64,000 nucleotides of DNA from Oligoflexales bacterium (lineage in GTDB: Bacteria; Bdellovibrionota_B; Oligoflexia; Oligoflexales; CAIYRB01), in contig JBGSUI010000191.1 in the NCBI GenBank assembly GCA_041736175.1, forward strand, positions 1 through 64,000, read 5' to 3'. Positions 38,612 to 47,883 of the stretch are shown in pieces (position 1 is the first letter of the stretch; the number at the start of each line of letters is the position of its first letter). The position numbers and the translations under genes were made by a program. The notes below the pieces were generated by a model, which was not told the origin of the DNA, ran no database searches, and saw only the letters and a list, made by a program, of their open reading frames with translations.

Positions 38612-39037
38612 CTAGACCTTTTTAAGCCACGATTTGCACCAGCCTTCCCCATGGACGGGTCCTGCTGGAATCATGAGGCATTTTCCGGCCTCTGCACCGT
38701 TGATGGCAGTTCCAGCCGTGTAGAATTGACAGTTTGTACATTTCTGGTCTTTGCCCTCGATTTCGCCTTTTTTAGGACGTTCGGCCTTGGAGGCATCAGC
38801 CACATACCCAAGAGCCTTGGCTGTGGGGTCGGATTCGGAAACAAAGTTTGCGGCCCCAGCAGCTTTACCGGCATCGGCTCCCGTCGAGGTACTGGTCCCT
38901 GTCCCAGAACCGGTACTTGGCTGTGCGAGTGCAGCGCAGGCAAGGGCAGCCGTTGGGCCAGCAATTGCCAAATTTTTGAGAAAATCTCTACGGCTAGAGG
39001 TTAGGTTGGTTTTTAAATCGGCCATGATCGACTCCAT
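38612..39037 (-). CDS. high-potential iron-sulfur protein (HiPIP), Tat-exported
   Basis: SRRDFLK Tat motif; DPTAKALGYV.DA; CTNCQFY...C...GWCKSW. Confidence 0.92.
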   Translation of the reverse strand: MESIMADLKTNLTSSRRDFLKNLAIAGPTAALACAALAQPSTGSGTGTSTSTGADAGKAAGAANFVSESDPTAKALGYVADASKAERPKKGEIEGKDQKCTNCQFYTAGTAINGAEAGKCLMIPAGPVHGEGWCKSWLKKV

Positions 39038-39213
39038 TGTAAGGATGGGGTTAAAGGAAAAAGGTTAACAATGAAAAAGCACCGTTTGCCAACAGCGCAC
39101 GCGACTATGGTCGGAGCGCGCCACAATGATAGCCTACCTGACGTCGACTTTAAACCACATTTAAAAGGCAGTTTTAGGAAAGGTCCTTTGCTCCTGCATA
39201 AACAGGCCACAAA

Positions 39214-40968
39214 TCACGCAGCCACATGGGTGCCTTCGAGTCGCGGTGCAAGGTCCAGGTCGATCACACCAGCGGCTTGGGGCCGATGGAGCAGAAAGCC
39301 TTGGATCAAGTCGATTCCCATAGACTTGAGGATTTCGGCTTCTTCCCAAAGTTCGACCCCTTCGGCTAAGATCGTCGATTTGGAAATCTGGGCAGCCCGT
39401 ACCAATCCATGAACGAAGGCCTGTTTAGGATGATCCTTGTGGATGTCCTGGATCAAACTCCGGTCTAGTTTGATCAGATCTGGCTTCATTCGAATAATCT
39501 GTTCTAACCCGTTATATCCTTTGCCAAAGTCATCGGCGGCGATCCGCATATCCATCTTTGCAAGGCTTTCTCTCACTTTGAGCATTAGATCTAGATTGCT
39601 GATTGCTTCTGATTCGGAGACTTCAAACATGATCCCCTTGCGCCCTTTAAGAAGTGGCCGGAGTCGATCTAAATTGTAAAGATTTCGTGGCAATATATTG
39701 AGAAGCAGGGTTCCAGGGAGTTTCGAAGAATGGCGGATAGCCTGCTGTAAACAGGCTTGGTCCAACTCTAAACCCACTCTAGCGGTGTGGGAAAGGGAGA
39801 AAAGAACGTCAGGTCGTAGGTAGCGGGACTCTAAATAGATGGGACCTGTGATGTCATAGATGGCATCAATTGCGTCGCCTTTGACCCGGATAAGTGACTC
39901 GAATCCAAAAAGAAGATTAAAGAGAGGTTTGATGCTTTTCTCGGCTTTCGACTGATCGACCATCTCTTTGGTAAGATTTTGGAGGTCAAAGACCGCTTGA
40001 TAATGGGGTTCCAGGAGCCCTGGGGTTTGGATAAGGGTCTGCATGAGTTCCCGCTGGCGATCGCGCATTCTTTTGACTTGGATGCGCGATTCCTCGACGG
40101 ACGATTCCAGGAGTTGTTCGATGACTTCGAGAGAATCCACGCAAGGGTTATAAATCGCCGTGCCAAAGCCAATGGCGATTTCCGGCACCACATGAATACA
40201 GTCGGGCATGATCCGTCGGGATTTTTCTACAAAAATCTCGCGCCAAAAAGAATTTTGGAGGCGGATGGCGAGACGGTCAGCGAGTTTTTCCAGGATTCCC
40301 GGAGCAGGAACTGAGTGGGAGGTCCGGGACTGTTCGAGAAAAATATAGTAGGAATTGGAATGGACTGACCTGCGGCAGAGGACGTCATTGGAGCGAAAAC
40401 AGCCGGCGGTTCCCCATTGGTCAAAAAGGATTTGGTTAAAACACTCCTGGACACGGTGGTAGACCTCGGCTCCGTATTCTAGAGCAATCTTACGAAAGCT
40501 AGAAGCATCGACCACCAGAATGCTCAGGGCGCCGTAATTCTGGAGCATATGGATAGGGACCTGGGGATTGTAAATCGGAATGACTTCGCGGTTAAGGCGT
40601 CTGTAGTCGATCCCGATGGCACCGCAGGCGTCAAGAACCGACAGGATCTCTTCGGGACTTGGATTTTCGAGCCAGGTTAGGGTAGACCCTGGGATTCTGC
40701 CCTTAGTGCTGAAGTCTCTGGTTGTCGAACCCAGGACCACGACAGGTATCCGTCGCCCCAGGGTGGTGATCATATCGATCCAAGGGCCGTCAGGAAGATC
40801 GGTCGCTGGATCCACCACGGCCGCTGTCACGTCCGGACTGTAGAGCTGGCTCAGACCCAACGTCAGGTTTTTAGATTCGCATATCCTAAAGGCAATCCCA
40901 TGGGACTTGAGTAGCTCCTCAAGCTTTGCTACGAGTTCGCTCTGAAGGGATAAAACTGCTATGGTCAC
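39214..40968 (-). CDS. EAL-domain c-di-GMP phosphodiesterase with receiver-like and degenerate GGDEF-like domains
   Basis: YQAVF, FESLIR, LLNI, FEVSE, DDFGKGY, IKLDRS, LAEGVE, IQGF. Confidence 0.85.
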   Translation of the reverse strand: MTIAVLSLQSELVAKLEELLKSHGIAFRICESKNLTLGLSQLYSPDVTAAVVDPATDLPDGPWIDMITTLGRRIPVVVLGSTTRDFSTKGRIPGSTLTWLENPSPEEILSVLDACGAIGIDYRRLNREVIPIYNPQVPIHMLQNYGALSILVVDASSFRKIALEYGAEVYHRVQECFNQILFDQWGTAGCFRSNDVLCRRSVHSNSYYIFLEQSRTSHSVPAPGILEKLADRLAIRLQNSFWREIFVEKSRRIMPDCIHVVPEIAIGFGTAIYNPCVDSLEVIEQLLESSVEESRIQVKRMRDRQRELMQTLIQTPGLLEPHYQAVFDLQNLTKEMVDQSKAEKSIKPLFNLLFGFESLIRVKGDAIDAIYDITGPIYLESRYLRPDVLFSLSHTARVGLELDQACLQQAIRHSSKLPGTLLLNILPRNLYNLDRLRPLLKGRKGIMFEVSESEAISNLDLMLKVRESLAKMDMRIAADDFGKGYNGLEQIIRMKPDLIKLDRSLIQDIHKDHPKQAFVHGLVRAAQISKSTILAEGVELWEEAEILKSMGIDLIQGFLLHRPQAAGVIDLDLAPRLEGTHVAA

Positions 40969-41068
40969 CGTGATTGCCTCTTATGTGAATCCAAAAATAA
41001 AATCGATATCAAAAGGTCTCCTACAGTCCATCGAGCTCCGATATGACTCATCGCCCTCCATAGGGATA

Positions 41069-41095
41069 CCATCGGAAAATATCCCTTAGAGATTA
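41069..41095 (-). promoter_or_regulatory. sigma28-like promoter
   Basis: TAATC-N14-TCCGATGG upstream of the EAL gene. Confidence 0.45.
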
Positions 41096-41190
41096 GGGAA
41101 GGATTGATTCGCAATAAATATGTATATAAATATGGTAGGTTAGGTCGGCATCTCTTAACCCAAATAACGATCCACAAACCAGGAGTCTTT

Positions 41191-42138
41191 ATGATCAATG
41201 CGGCTTGGACACGGTCCCAATGGCGAGATAAGTGTCTTAAACATCCGGGTGTTATTGGGTTTGGAGACGGCGCGGATCCCAGGATTCACAGGGCAGCCTT
41301 GCATCTGCTCCAGGAAAAAACCGTTCGGGGCGTCGTGATGTTTGCGATCCATGACCAAGAATCCGCAGACATCAAAAAAAGTCTGATCACACTAGGTGGT
41401 CGAGAAGTCTTGGACTCCATCACTATCGTCCAAGGGACCAACTCACCCCTGATGCTTGCTGCGGACTATCTTAAACTAGGTAAAGTTGACTCGGTCCTTG
41501 CTGGAAATCTCTCGACCACATCCGATGTGATCCGCGCAGCGATCAAAGGGGTCGGACTGGTCCCAGGGATTAGGACGGTAAGTGGCTCTTTTGTTATGGT
41601 GTCGCCGCAACATAATCCATTTTTGTTTGCAGACTGTGGTGTGGTTATCGAGCCCACAGTGGAGCAGCTTGTCGATATCGCTGAGTCAACGGTATTGACG
41701 TGGTACGCCTTAAATCTCGGCGAGTCGCCCCGTGTGGCTTTTTTGTCCTTCTCCACAAAGGGATCGGCTCGACATCCAGAAGTCGACAAGATCGCTGCTG
41801 CGGCCCAAGGGTTTCGCGCCAAATGCCCGGACGTTTTAAGCGATGGCGAACTCCAATTTGATGCGGCTTTTGTGCCGGAAGTGGCTGATCTCAAAGCACC
41901 TTTAAGTCCCCTAAAGGGCGGTGCTAATTGTTTTATCTTTCCAAATCTCAATGCTGGCAACATATCTTATAAACTCGTCCAGAGGATGGGGGGATATCAG
42001 GCCCTTGGTCCCATTCTCCAGGGAGTGGCCAAGCCCTTTAGCGACCTGTCCAGGGGGGCTTCGGTCGACGATATCGTGGCCTGCACCTATATCAACCAGG
42101 TCAGGTCTAAACTTGGCCATCAACAGGAGCTTTGCTAG
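41191..42138 (+). CDS. pta: phosphate acetyltransferase (short form)
   Basis: ATG at 41191 after AGGAG; FADCGV..EP, VAFLSFSTKGSA, DGELQFDAA, FPNLNAGNISYK, GPILQG, DLSRG. Confidence 0.92.
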   Translation: MINAAWTRSQWRDKCLKHPGVIGFGDGADPRIHRAALHLLQEKTVRGVVMFAIHDQESADIKKSLITLGGREVLDSITIVQGTNSPLMLAADYLKLGKVDSVLAGNLSTTSDVIRAAIKGVGLVPGIRTVSGSFVMVSPQHNPFLFADCGVVIEPTVEQLVDIAESTVLTWYALNLGESPRVAFLSFSTKGSARHPEVDKIAAAAQGFRAKCPDVLSDGELQFDAAFVPEVADLKAPLSPLKGGANCFIFPNLNAGNISYKLVQRMGGYQALGPILQGVAKPFSDLSRGASVDDIVACTYINQVRSKLGHQQELC

Positions 42139-42183
42139 ACTAAACAAGTCCTAGAAATACATCCCTTCCATGGAAAGGTTTCA

Positions 42184-44229
42184 ATGGCCAAGTATCCTTG
42201 GTTGATCCTCAGCTTTTTTGTTGGTGGCTTTTGCTTTTTTCAGATGCAGAACTCTATTCAACAACGCAGTGCCCTGATGCGGGCGGCAAATATCGAGTTA
42301 GCCAGTTCCATCCAAACAACCGTCGGAGCCGTACAAAAAAATATCATCCCGCTCCTGCTCGACAAAGCCCTGGCCCAAAATTTAGTTTGGAAATTGCACC
42401 ATTCCATAGGCAGCGTGCTTGAAGCCCGCAAGTTAACTGGTATCATTCAAGATCTGGCCCTGTGGTCTGCCGACTGTAGGCTTATATCCCAGAGCGGACT
42501 GAGGGCTGCTCGCCAGGCCTGCCCCTTAGAGTCTTTGGAGTCTAAGGTATTGGGTGAGCTAAAGGATCACAAAGGTACGACCCCCCTATGGTACGAGGCC
42601 TGGAAGTCTGAGGGAACCGATCTTGTGCTCCAAACGATCACGCTTTTGCCCCTTGTGGGCGAGCCCATCTACCTTGTGGTCCATAGTGCCTTAGATAGTT
42701 TTTGGTTTGTTCAATTTCCGCGACTGGTTGAGGCTCTTTCGTCCGCCCAGGGCGAGATCCATGGGGCACCCAACGTTGACGAAGCCAACCCCGCGCCACT
42801 GCGGCCCGTAGTCCGTTTTGGTCGGGGGACCTGGGGATGGGTTGAAGAGATGTTTAGGCCGGTTGGAGGCTTTAACCTCGAAAGGACAAAACGATTTTTG
42901 GAGAAATTGGCCTGGATATCTTGGGGTCTAGGGCTCCTCTTGCTCACCGTTTGGATCAGATCATTAAAGGCTTCTTTGAGCGATTCCAATCGACAAATAA
43001 GTGAATTGTTACTCGGAAGCCAAATGCTTGTAAAAACCAACCTCCTTGAGATTTCACAAAAAGAGGCGGCCATAGACGAAGGTTCCCTTAAAACCATCCT
43101 TTCCGATCAAACTACCATCATCAACCGTTGCCGTGAGTTTTGGAACCAGACGATCAAGGCTGCACACTATGAAATTGAGGAACATAAGCAAAAAATAGCT
43201 GGTTTAGAACGGACGATTCAACAGCAGGAATTCGACTTAGATAGCTTTAAAGAAACCATGCGGAAGCTGGCCGAAATGGAAAGCCTGGACTGGCAATATT
43301 CCTGGTTTATGAGACCTTATAGAGCCAAATTAGAAAGTCTAATGGATAGCCTCGAAGACTTGATGGCCACACTAAAAACCTTTGAACAGAGTACCCACCA
43401 GCAGTGCCTACATCTCAAAGACTGGACCGTCCAAATAGCTATCAAGGGAAGTCGCAAATTTATGCGAAGTCTCGCCGAGACTCAAGGAAGCAAGGATGGT
43501 ACTACTGCACTTGACGACCAAATCGCCTCGCTCGTAGCAAAAGCCGACTCCCAGCAGCAGCTGACTCAGGTTTGTCTCCTGCTTGGATCGCAACTCCTAG
43601 GAGAATGGGAGCGCTCTCTGAAGGTTGTCTCCCATTGGGAGTCGCTCGTTGGTCGACGAATGGCCACCATCAATAACAAAGCTGCCAGTCCTGTCGAGCC
43701 TCTGAATCTGTCAACAGCGAACCTCCTGGACTGGGTGCGAGAGGCTCAGGAAATGGTGCTCTGGAGTCTGGACCAAACTGGTGAACGAGAATGTTTTATC
43801 AACAAAATCCCAATTGGTTCTGAAACCGTGGATCCGGATGGACATTCGGTTGGATATTCGGACGGAAATCCTCAGCAAATGGCCACCCTTTGGACGTCAG
43901 CACTCCTCCAGCTCTACAGCTCCCTCTTGGAGCAAGAGCCTCTACCCAAAGTTTACACCACTTTAAGGGACCATGGACCCCGTAGAAATCTTATCATCTA
44001 CGCGCTTTCGGGAGACCACCGTGCTACAGTCTCTCAACCTTCAGAGATCACCTCCTATGGCGCGACTCTGCGTATCGTCCAAGGACTCCTTTATGATTGG
44101 GGCATAAGCTGCTCTGTTTTATCCCAGCTCCATGGCCGGATGGGCTACTCCTTATCATGGACCCATATCCATACAGGTTCCGAACTCCTAAACCCCCTAG
44201 CAAAAAAACGGGCCAACTATGTCGAGTAG
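42184..44229 (+). CDS. two-TM membrane protein, possibly a degenerate sensor kinase
   Basis: TM, periplasmic domain, TM, coiled coil; C-terminus resembles an eroded HATPase end. Confidence 0.5.
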   Translation: MAKYPWLILSFFVGGFCFFQMQNSIQQRSALMRAANIELASSIQTTVGAVQKNIIPLLLDKALAQNLVWKLHHSIGSVLEARKLTGIIQDLALWSADCRLISQSGLRAARQACPLESLESKVLGELKDHKGTTPLWYEAWKSEGTDLVLQTITLLPLVGEPIYLVVHSALDSFWFVQFPRLVEALSSAQGEIHGAPNVDEANPAPLRPVVRFGRGTWGWVEEMFRPVGGFNLERTKRFLEKLAWISWGLGLLLLTVWIRSLKASLSDSNRQISELLLGSQMLVKTNLLEISQKEAAIDEGSLKTILSDQTTIINRCREFWNQTIKAAHYEIEEHKQKIAGLERTIQQQEFDLDSFKETMRKLAEMESLDWQYSWFMRPYRAKLESLMDSLEDLMATLKTFEQSTHQQCLHLKDWTVQIAIKGSRKFMRSLAETQGSKDGTTALDDQIASLVAKADSQQQLTQVCLLLGSQLLGEWERSLKVVSHWESLVGRRMATINNKAASPVEPLNLSTANLLDWVREAQEMVLWSLDQTGERECFINKIPIGSETVDPDGHSVGYSDGNPQQMATLWTSALLQLYSSLLEQEPLPKVYTTLRDHGPRRNLIIYALSGDHRATVSQPSEITSYGATLRIVQGLLYDWGISCSVLSQLHGRMGYSLSWTHIHTGSELLNPLAKKRANYVE

Positions 44230-45532
44230 ATTGCAAACTCTGGGGCTAAGTACTCCTCAGCAACGGGCTTGGGCCCTCTATGATTGGGCTAATTCGGCTT
44301 TTGCCACCACGATTATGGCTGCCGTCCTGCCCATTTACTTTCACGATGTCGCTGCTTCGGTCTTACCGGAACCTGAACGAACCGCCTATTGGGGCTATAC
44401 GTCGGCGGTGGCCTTATTGATTGCAGCCCTTATAAGTCCTCTATTGGGTGCCTATGCAGATCTCGCAGGCTCTAAAAAAAAGTTTATCGGATTTTTTACA
44501 GTCTTAGGGGTGGTGGCGACCCTAGGACTGTGGTGGGTGGGACGTGGGGACTACCAGCTTGCCGCGACACTTTATATCCTAGGAAATATCGGGTTTGCCG
44601 GGGGACTGGTGTTTTATGATGCCCTCCTGCCGGGAGTTGCAAAACCTGCTGACCTCCACCGGGTGTCAACCGCTGGCTATGCAATCGGTTATCTGGGGGG
44701 TGGGGTGCTCCTTGCCATCAACCTCCTTTGGATCACGAAACCTGAATGGTTTGGAATCGCCGATAAAGGGATCGCCGTTAAACTGTCTTTTGTTAGTGTG
44801 GGAATCTGGTGGGCCGTCTTTTCGCTCCCACTATTGCTAAAGGTTCCAGAACCTCCTGTTTTTGGAGACTCTTCGGAAAAAACCGTCTTCAAGTGTCTCA
44901 GCCTATCCGTCGATCGGCTATTTAAGACGGCCCGAGAGATCAGGAAATACCGGCAGATTTGGATTTTTCTCCTGAGCTTTTGGTTTTATTCAGACGGAAT
45001 TGGGACGATTATTAAAATGGCAACGACCTATGGTCGCGAAGTTGGTATTGGAGCCAATCACCTTATAGGAGCTTTGTTGCTGGTCCAGTTTGTCGGGATC
45101 CCAGCGACGTTTGTCTTTGGCAAAATAGCAGATCGACTAGGGCCTAAACCAGCTCTACAGATCTGTCTTTTTGTCTATACGATGATCTGTTTGATCGGTT
45201 ATTTTATGAGTAGTCCCATTCATTTTTGGGCTTTGGCCGTGCTGGTGGCTATGGTCCAGGGAGGAAGCCAGGCTATTAGTCGATCACTTTATGCTATGCT
45301 GGTTCCTACAGATAAGCTTGCCGAGTTCTTTTCCTTTATGAGTGTTAGCTCGCGGTTTGCAGGAATTCTTGGGCCCTTTGTTTTTGGGCTGACAACTCAG
45401 CTGTTTGGTGGCAGTCAAATCAGTATTCTGATGCTGGTCAGTTTTTTTGTGATTGGAAGCTTTTTGTTGTATTTTGTCGATATTAAAGCAGGCCAAGAAG
45501 CCGCAACCTTAGAATCGGGCCAGCCTTTTTAG
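44219..45532 (+). CDS. MFS transporter (UMF1/ATG22-like)
   Basis: WALYDWANSAF, LGAYAD, FYDALLP, GGSQAISRS; about 12 TMs. Confidence 0.9.
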   Translation: MSSRLQTLGLSTPQQRAWALYDWANSAFATTIMAAVLPIYFHDVAASVLPEPERTAYWGYTSAVALLIAALISPLLGAYADLAGSKKKFIGFFTVLGVVATLGLWWVGRGDYQLAATLYILGNIGFAGGLVFYDALLPGVAKPADLHRVSTAGYAIGYLGGGVLLAINLLWITKPEWFGIADKGIAVKLSFVSVGIWWAVFSLPLLLKVPEPPVFGDSSEKTVFKCLSLSVDRLFKTAREIRKYRQIWIFLLSFWFYSDGIGTIIKMATTYGREVGIGANHLIGALLLVQFVGIPATFVFGKIADRLGPKPALQICLFVYTMICLIGYFMSSPIHFWALAVLVAMVQGGSQAISRSLYAMLVPTDKLAEFFSFMSVSSRFAGILGPFVFGLTTQLFGGSQISILMLVSFFVIGSFLLYFVDIKAGQEAATLESGQPF

Positions 45533-45924
45533 GGCTTGAGTCCTTTGACAAGCTGCTCGGTGTATGCGAGCAGTTTGGTGATTTCAACAGGTTTGTGCAA
45601 AACATCATGGGCTCCTAACTTTTTGGTTTCTTGGACATCTAAGTCCGTATGCCCCGTGATAAACACAAAGTATGGAGGGAGAAGTTGCCTGGCTTTTAGT
45701 TGGGTCAGGAGCACCATTCCATCTCCATCCGGCATTCTCATATCAGAAAATATAATGTGAAAAGGACTGATGGATTCCTCGACGACGAGTCTGATGGCTT
45801 CGTTGCCAGAGGTGGCACCAAAAAGCTTATAACCCTTTTTTGCGAGGATCCTAATAAAAAGCGACCTTAAGAGTTCGTCATCTTCGACGACAAGGATGCG
45901 GATTTGGCTGGGTTGCTGGGTCAT
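45529..45924 (-). CDS. single-domain response regulator
   Basis: ILVVEDD, SDMRMPDGDG, ITGH, HKP. Confidence 0.92.
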   Translation of the reverse strand: MTQQPSQIRILVVEDDELLRSLFIRILAKKGYKLFGATSGNEAIRLVVEESISPFHIIFSDMRMPDGDGMVLLTQLKARQLLPPYFVFITGHTDLDVQETKKLGAHDVLHKPVEITKLLAYTEQLVKGLKP

Positions 45925-45942
45925 GGCTCCACGTTGTTATCT

Positions 45943-46863
45943 CTAAGAGGGTTTTTTGTTGACCTTATAGATCTTACCACTACTCCCTGATGGAGTCTGA
46001 GAATGGTAGTCGACTTCCACTAGTTTTTCAGGTTCGATCTCCGCGATCTGCTTGATCACCTCTTGAATCTGTCGTAGACCCTGGAGGGCTAGGTCGACCC
46101 ATGGTTCGGAGGGGCCGCTTCCCAGACCAGGACTGTTGCCCAAGGAGCGTTTTTCATGAGCCTGGAGCATCTGTATGGCAATCAAAGATGAGTTTAGGGG
46201 GGTGTTGATCTCGTGATTGAGCGTGGCAATCATTTTTGAAATCGTTTTGAGCTGTTGATGCTCAAAGGCGATGGACCTTAGCCGCTCTTGCTCATTTTCA
46301 TACATGGAAAAAAACCAGTATGTTGTCAAAAGCATGACGATATCGATCATAAAATAAGTCCATGCCGAGGGAGCCAATGGGGCGATGATAGGCGAGTTGC
46401 CGAGTGCGACCAGCCCTCCTAGGATTCCGACGATGATCAGGAAAAATATTTTGCCAACCCGTATATCTGTCATGGCGATGGTCACCATCAGAAGCAGCGC
46501 AAAGCAGGAGGGGATGGGTCCAAAGATTCCGCCATTGCTCAAAGATCCGATGGTGACCATACCTAGCATCGATAGGGGTGCCGTAACGCTAATGATACGT
46601 CCCGAATCCCATAATCTTCCGATGATTAGCCCTAAAATGTTAAGGCCCAGCAAGGCCATCGAGTAGGGTCGTTGCGGCGGAAAACGCCCCAAAACCAAGA
46701 TATCAATCGCGATATAACTCCAGGTACAGACTTGGACCGCGACAGAATAGTAGATCGTTAGCTGTACCTTTCTCTTCACCGTATCCGGTGAGCGCAGCAC
46801 GGAGGGTGGGACCAAGGGGGTCATCAGGCGTTTGAGAAAAGTCAACAATCTATTGTTTTCCAT
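45943..46863 (-). CDS. multi-TM HisKA (DHp)-only protein lacking HATPase domain
   Basis: 5-6 TMs and TLNHEINTPL H-box; ends about 85 aa later with no N/G/F boxes. Confidence 0.75.
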   Translation of the reverse strand: MENNRLLTFLKRLMTPLVPPSVLRSPDTVKRKVQLTIYYSVAVQVCTWSYIAIDILVLGRFPPQRPYSMALLGLNILGLIIGRLWDSGRIISVTAPLSMLGMVTIGSLSNGGIFGPIPSCFALLLMVTIAMTDIRVGKIFFLIIVGILGGLVALGNSPIIAPLAPSAWTYFMIDIVMLLTTYWFFSMYENEQERLRSIAFEHQQLKTISKMIATLNHEINTPLNSSLIAIQMLQAHEKRSLGNSPGLGSGPSEPWVDLALQGLRQIQEVIKQIAEIEPEKLVEVDYHSQTPSGSSGKIYKVNKKPS

Positions 46864-46889
46864 CTATGGATTGGAGTCGATCATAAGCT

Positions 46890-46916
46890 CTATCGGAAGT
46901 CTGTTTTTGAGCTGGA
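46890..46916 (-). promoter_or_regulatory. sigma28-like promoter
   Basis: TCCAG-N14-TCCGATAG upstream of the HisKA-only gene. Confidence 0.5.
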
Positions 46917-46974
46917 GTCGTCCCGAAAAATAGTTAGTAATATCAATAAATTATTTTCTGTGAAAAGGCTGCTG

Positions 46975-47835
46975 TTACACTGCGACCGGAGCCTTGATGG
47001 TAGGGTGTGGGTTGTAATTGATGAGTTCAAAGTCATCATATTGGTAGTCATAAAGGGTCGCGGGCTTGCGCTTTAGGATCATCGATGGGCTGGGGAGGGG
47101 AGGTCGCCCAAGCATCTCTTTGACCTGGTCTAGATGATTCAAGTAGATATGGGAGTCTCCTCCCGACCAGATAAACTCCCCGGGTTGGTAGCCAGTCTGT
47201 TGGGCTACCATAAGAGTCAAAAGACTATAGCTCGCAATATTAAAGGGCACCCCTAAAAAGAGATCTGCACTCCGCTGGGTCAGCATGCAAGAGAGTCGTT
47301 GATTTTGGATATAAAACTGAAAAAAAGCATGACAGGGTGCCAAACACCCCCGGCCCTCTTGGACATTGGTTTGGGGAGATTGGCGAGGATCTGGTAATGC
47401 CGCTGGATTCCAAGCGCTCACGACCAGTCGTCGTGAGTCTGGTCGCTCCTTGATTTCTTGGAGGACTTGGTCGAGTTGGTTGATGGTGCCGCCGCCAGGG
47501 ACTGGAAATCGCAGCCACTGAACCCCATACATGGGGCCAATGCTCATATAGGGCTTTTGATCTGGACTGTGACTGACAGGGGCCTGCCAGGCTCGCCAGA
47601 TGGAAACCCCGTGTTCTTCTAAATAGGCGGTATCGTCGGTCCCCTTGAGAAACCAAAGGAGTTCGTGGACAACACTCTTAAAGTGAATCCTTTTAGCGGT
47701 CACTAAAGGGAATCCCTTACCCAGATCAAATCGCAGCATCCTACCAAAAACCGAATAGGTGCCTGTGCCGGTGCGATCGGATTTTGCAGAGGCCTGATGA
47801 TAGACCTCCCGAACGAGGTCGAGATAGGACTGCAT
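46975..47835 (-). CDS. thyA: thymidylate synthase
   Basis: [51 protein letters not shown]. Confidence 0.97.
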   Translation of the reverse strand: MQSYLDLVREVYHQASAKSDRTGTGTYSVFGRMLRFDLGKGFPLVTAKRIHFKSVVHELLWFLKGTDDTAYLEEHGVSIWRAWQAPVSHSPDQKPYMSIGPMYGVQWLRFPVPGGGTINQLDQVLQEIKERPDSRRLVVSAWNPAALPDPRQSPQTNVQEGRGCLAPCHAFFQFYIQNQRLSCMLTQRSADLFLGVPFNIASYSLLTLMVAQQTGYQPGEFIWSGGDSHIYLNHLDQVKEMLGRPPLPSPSMILKRKPATLYDYQYDDFELINYNPHPTIKAPVAV

Positions 47836-47883
47836 GGTATACCTCTTAGAGTCTCAGCAATAAATAAACAGGTGGTCGTCTGG

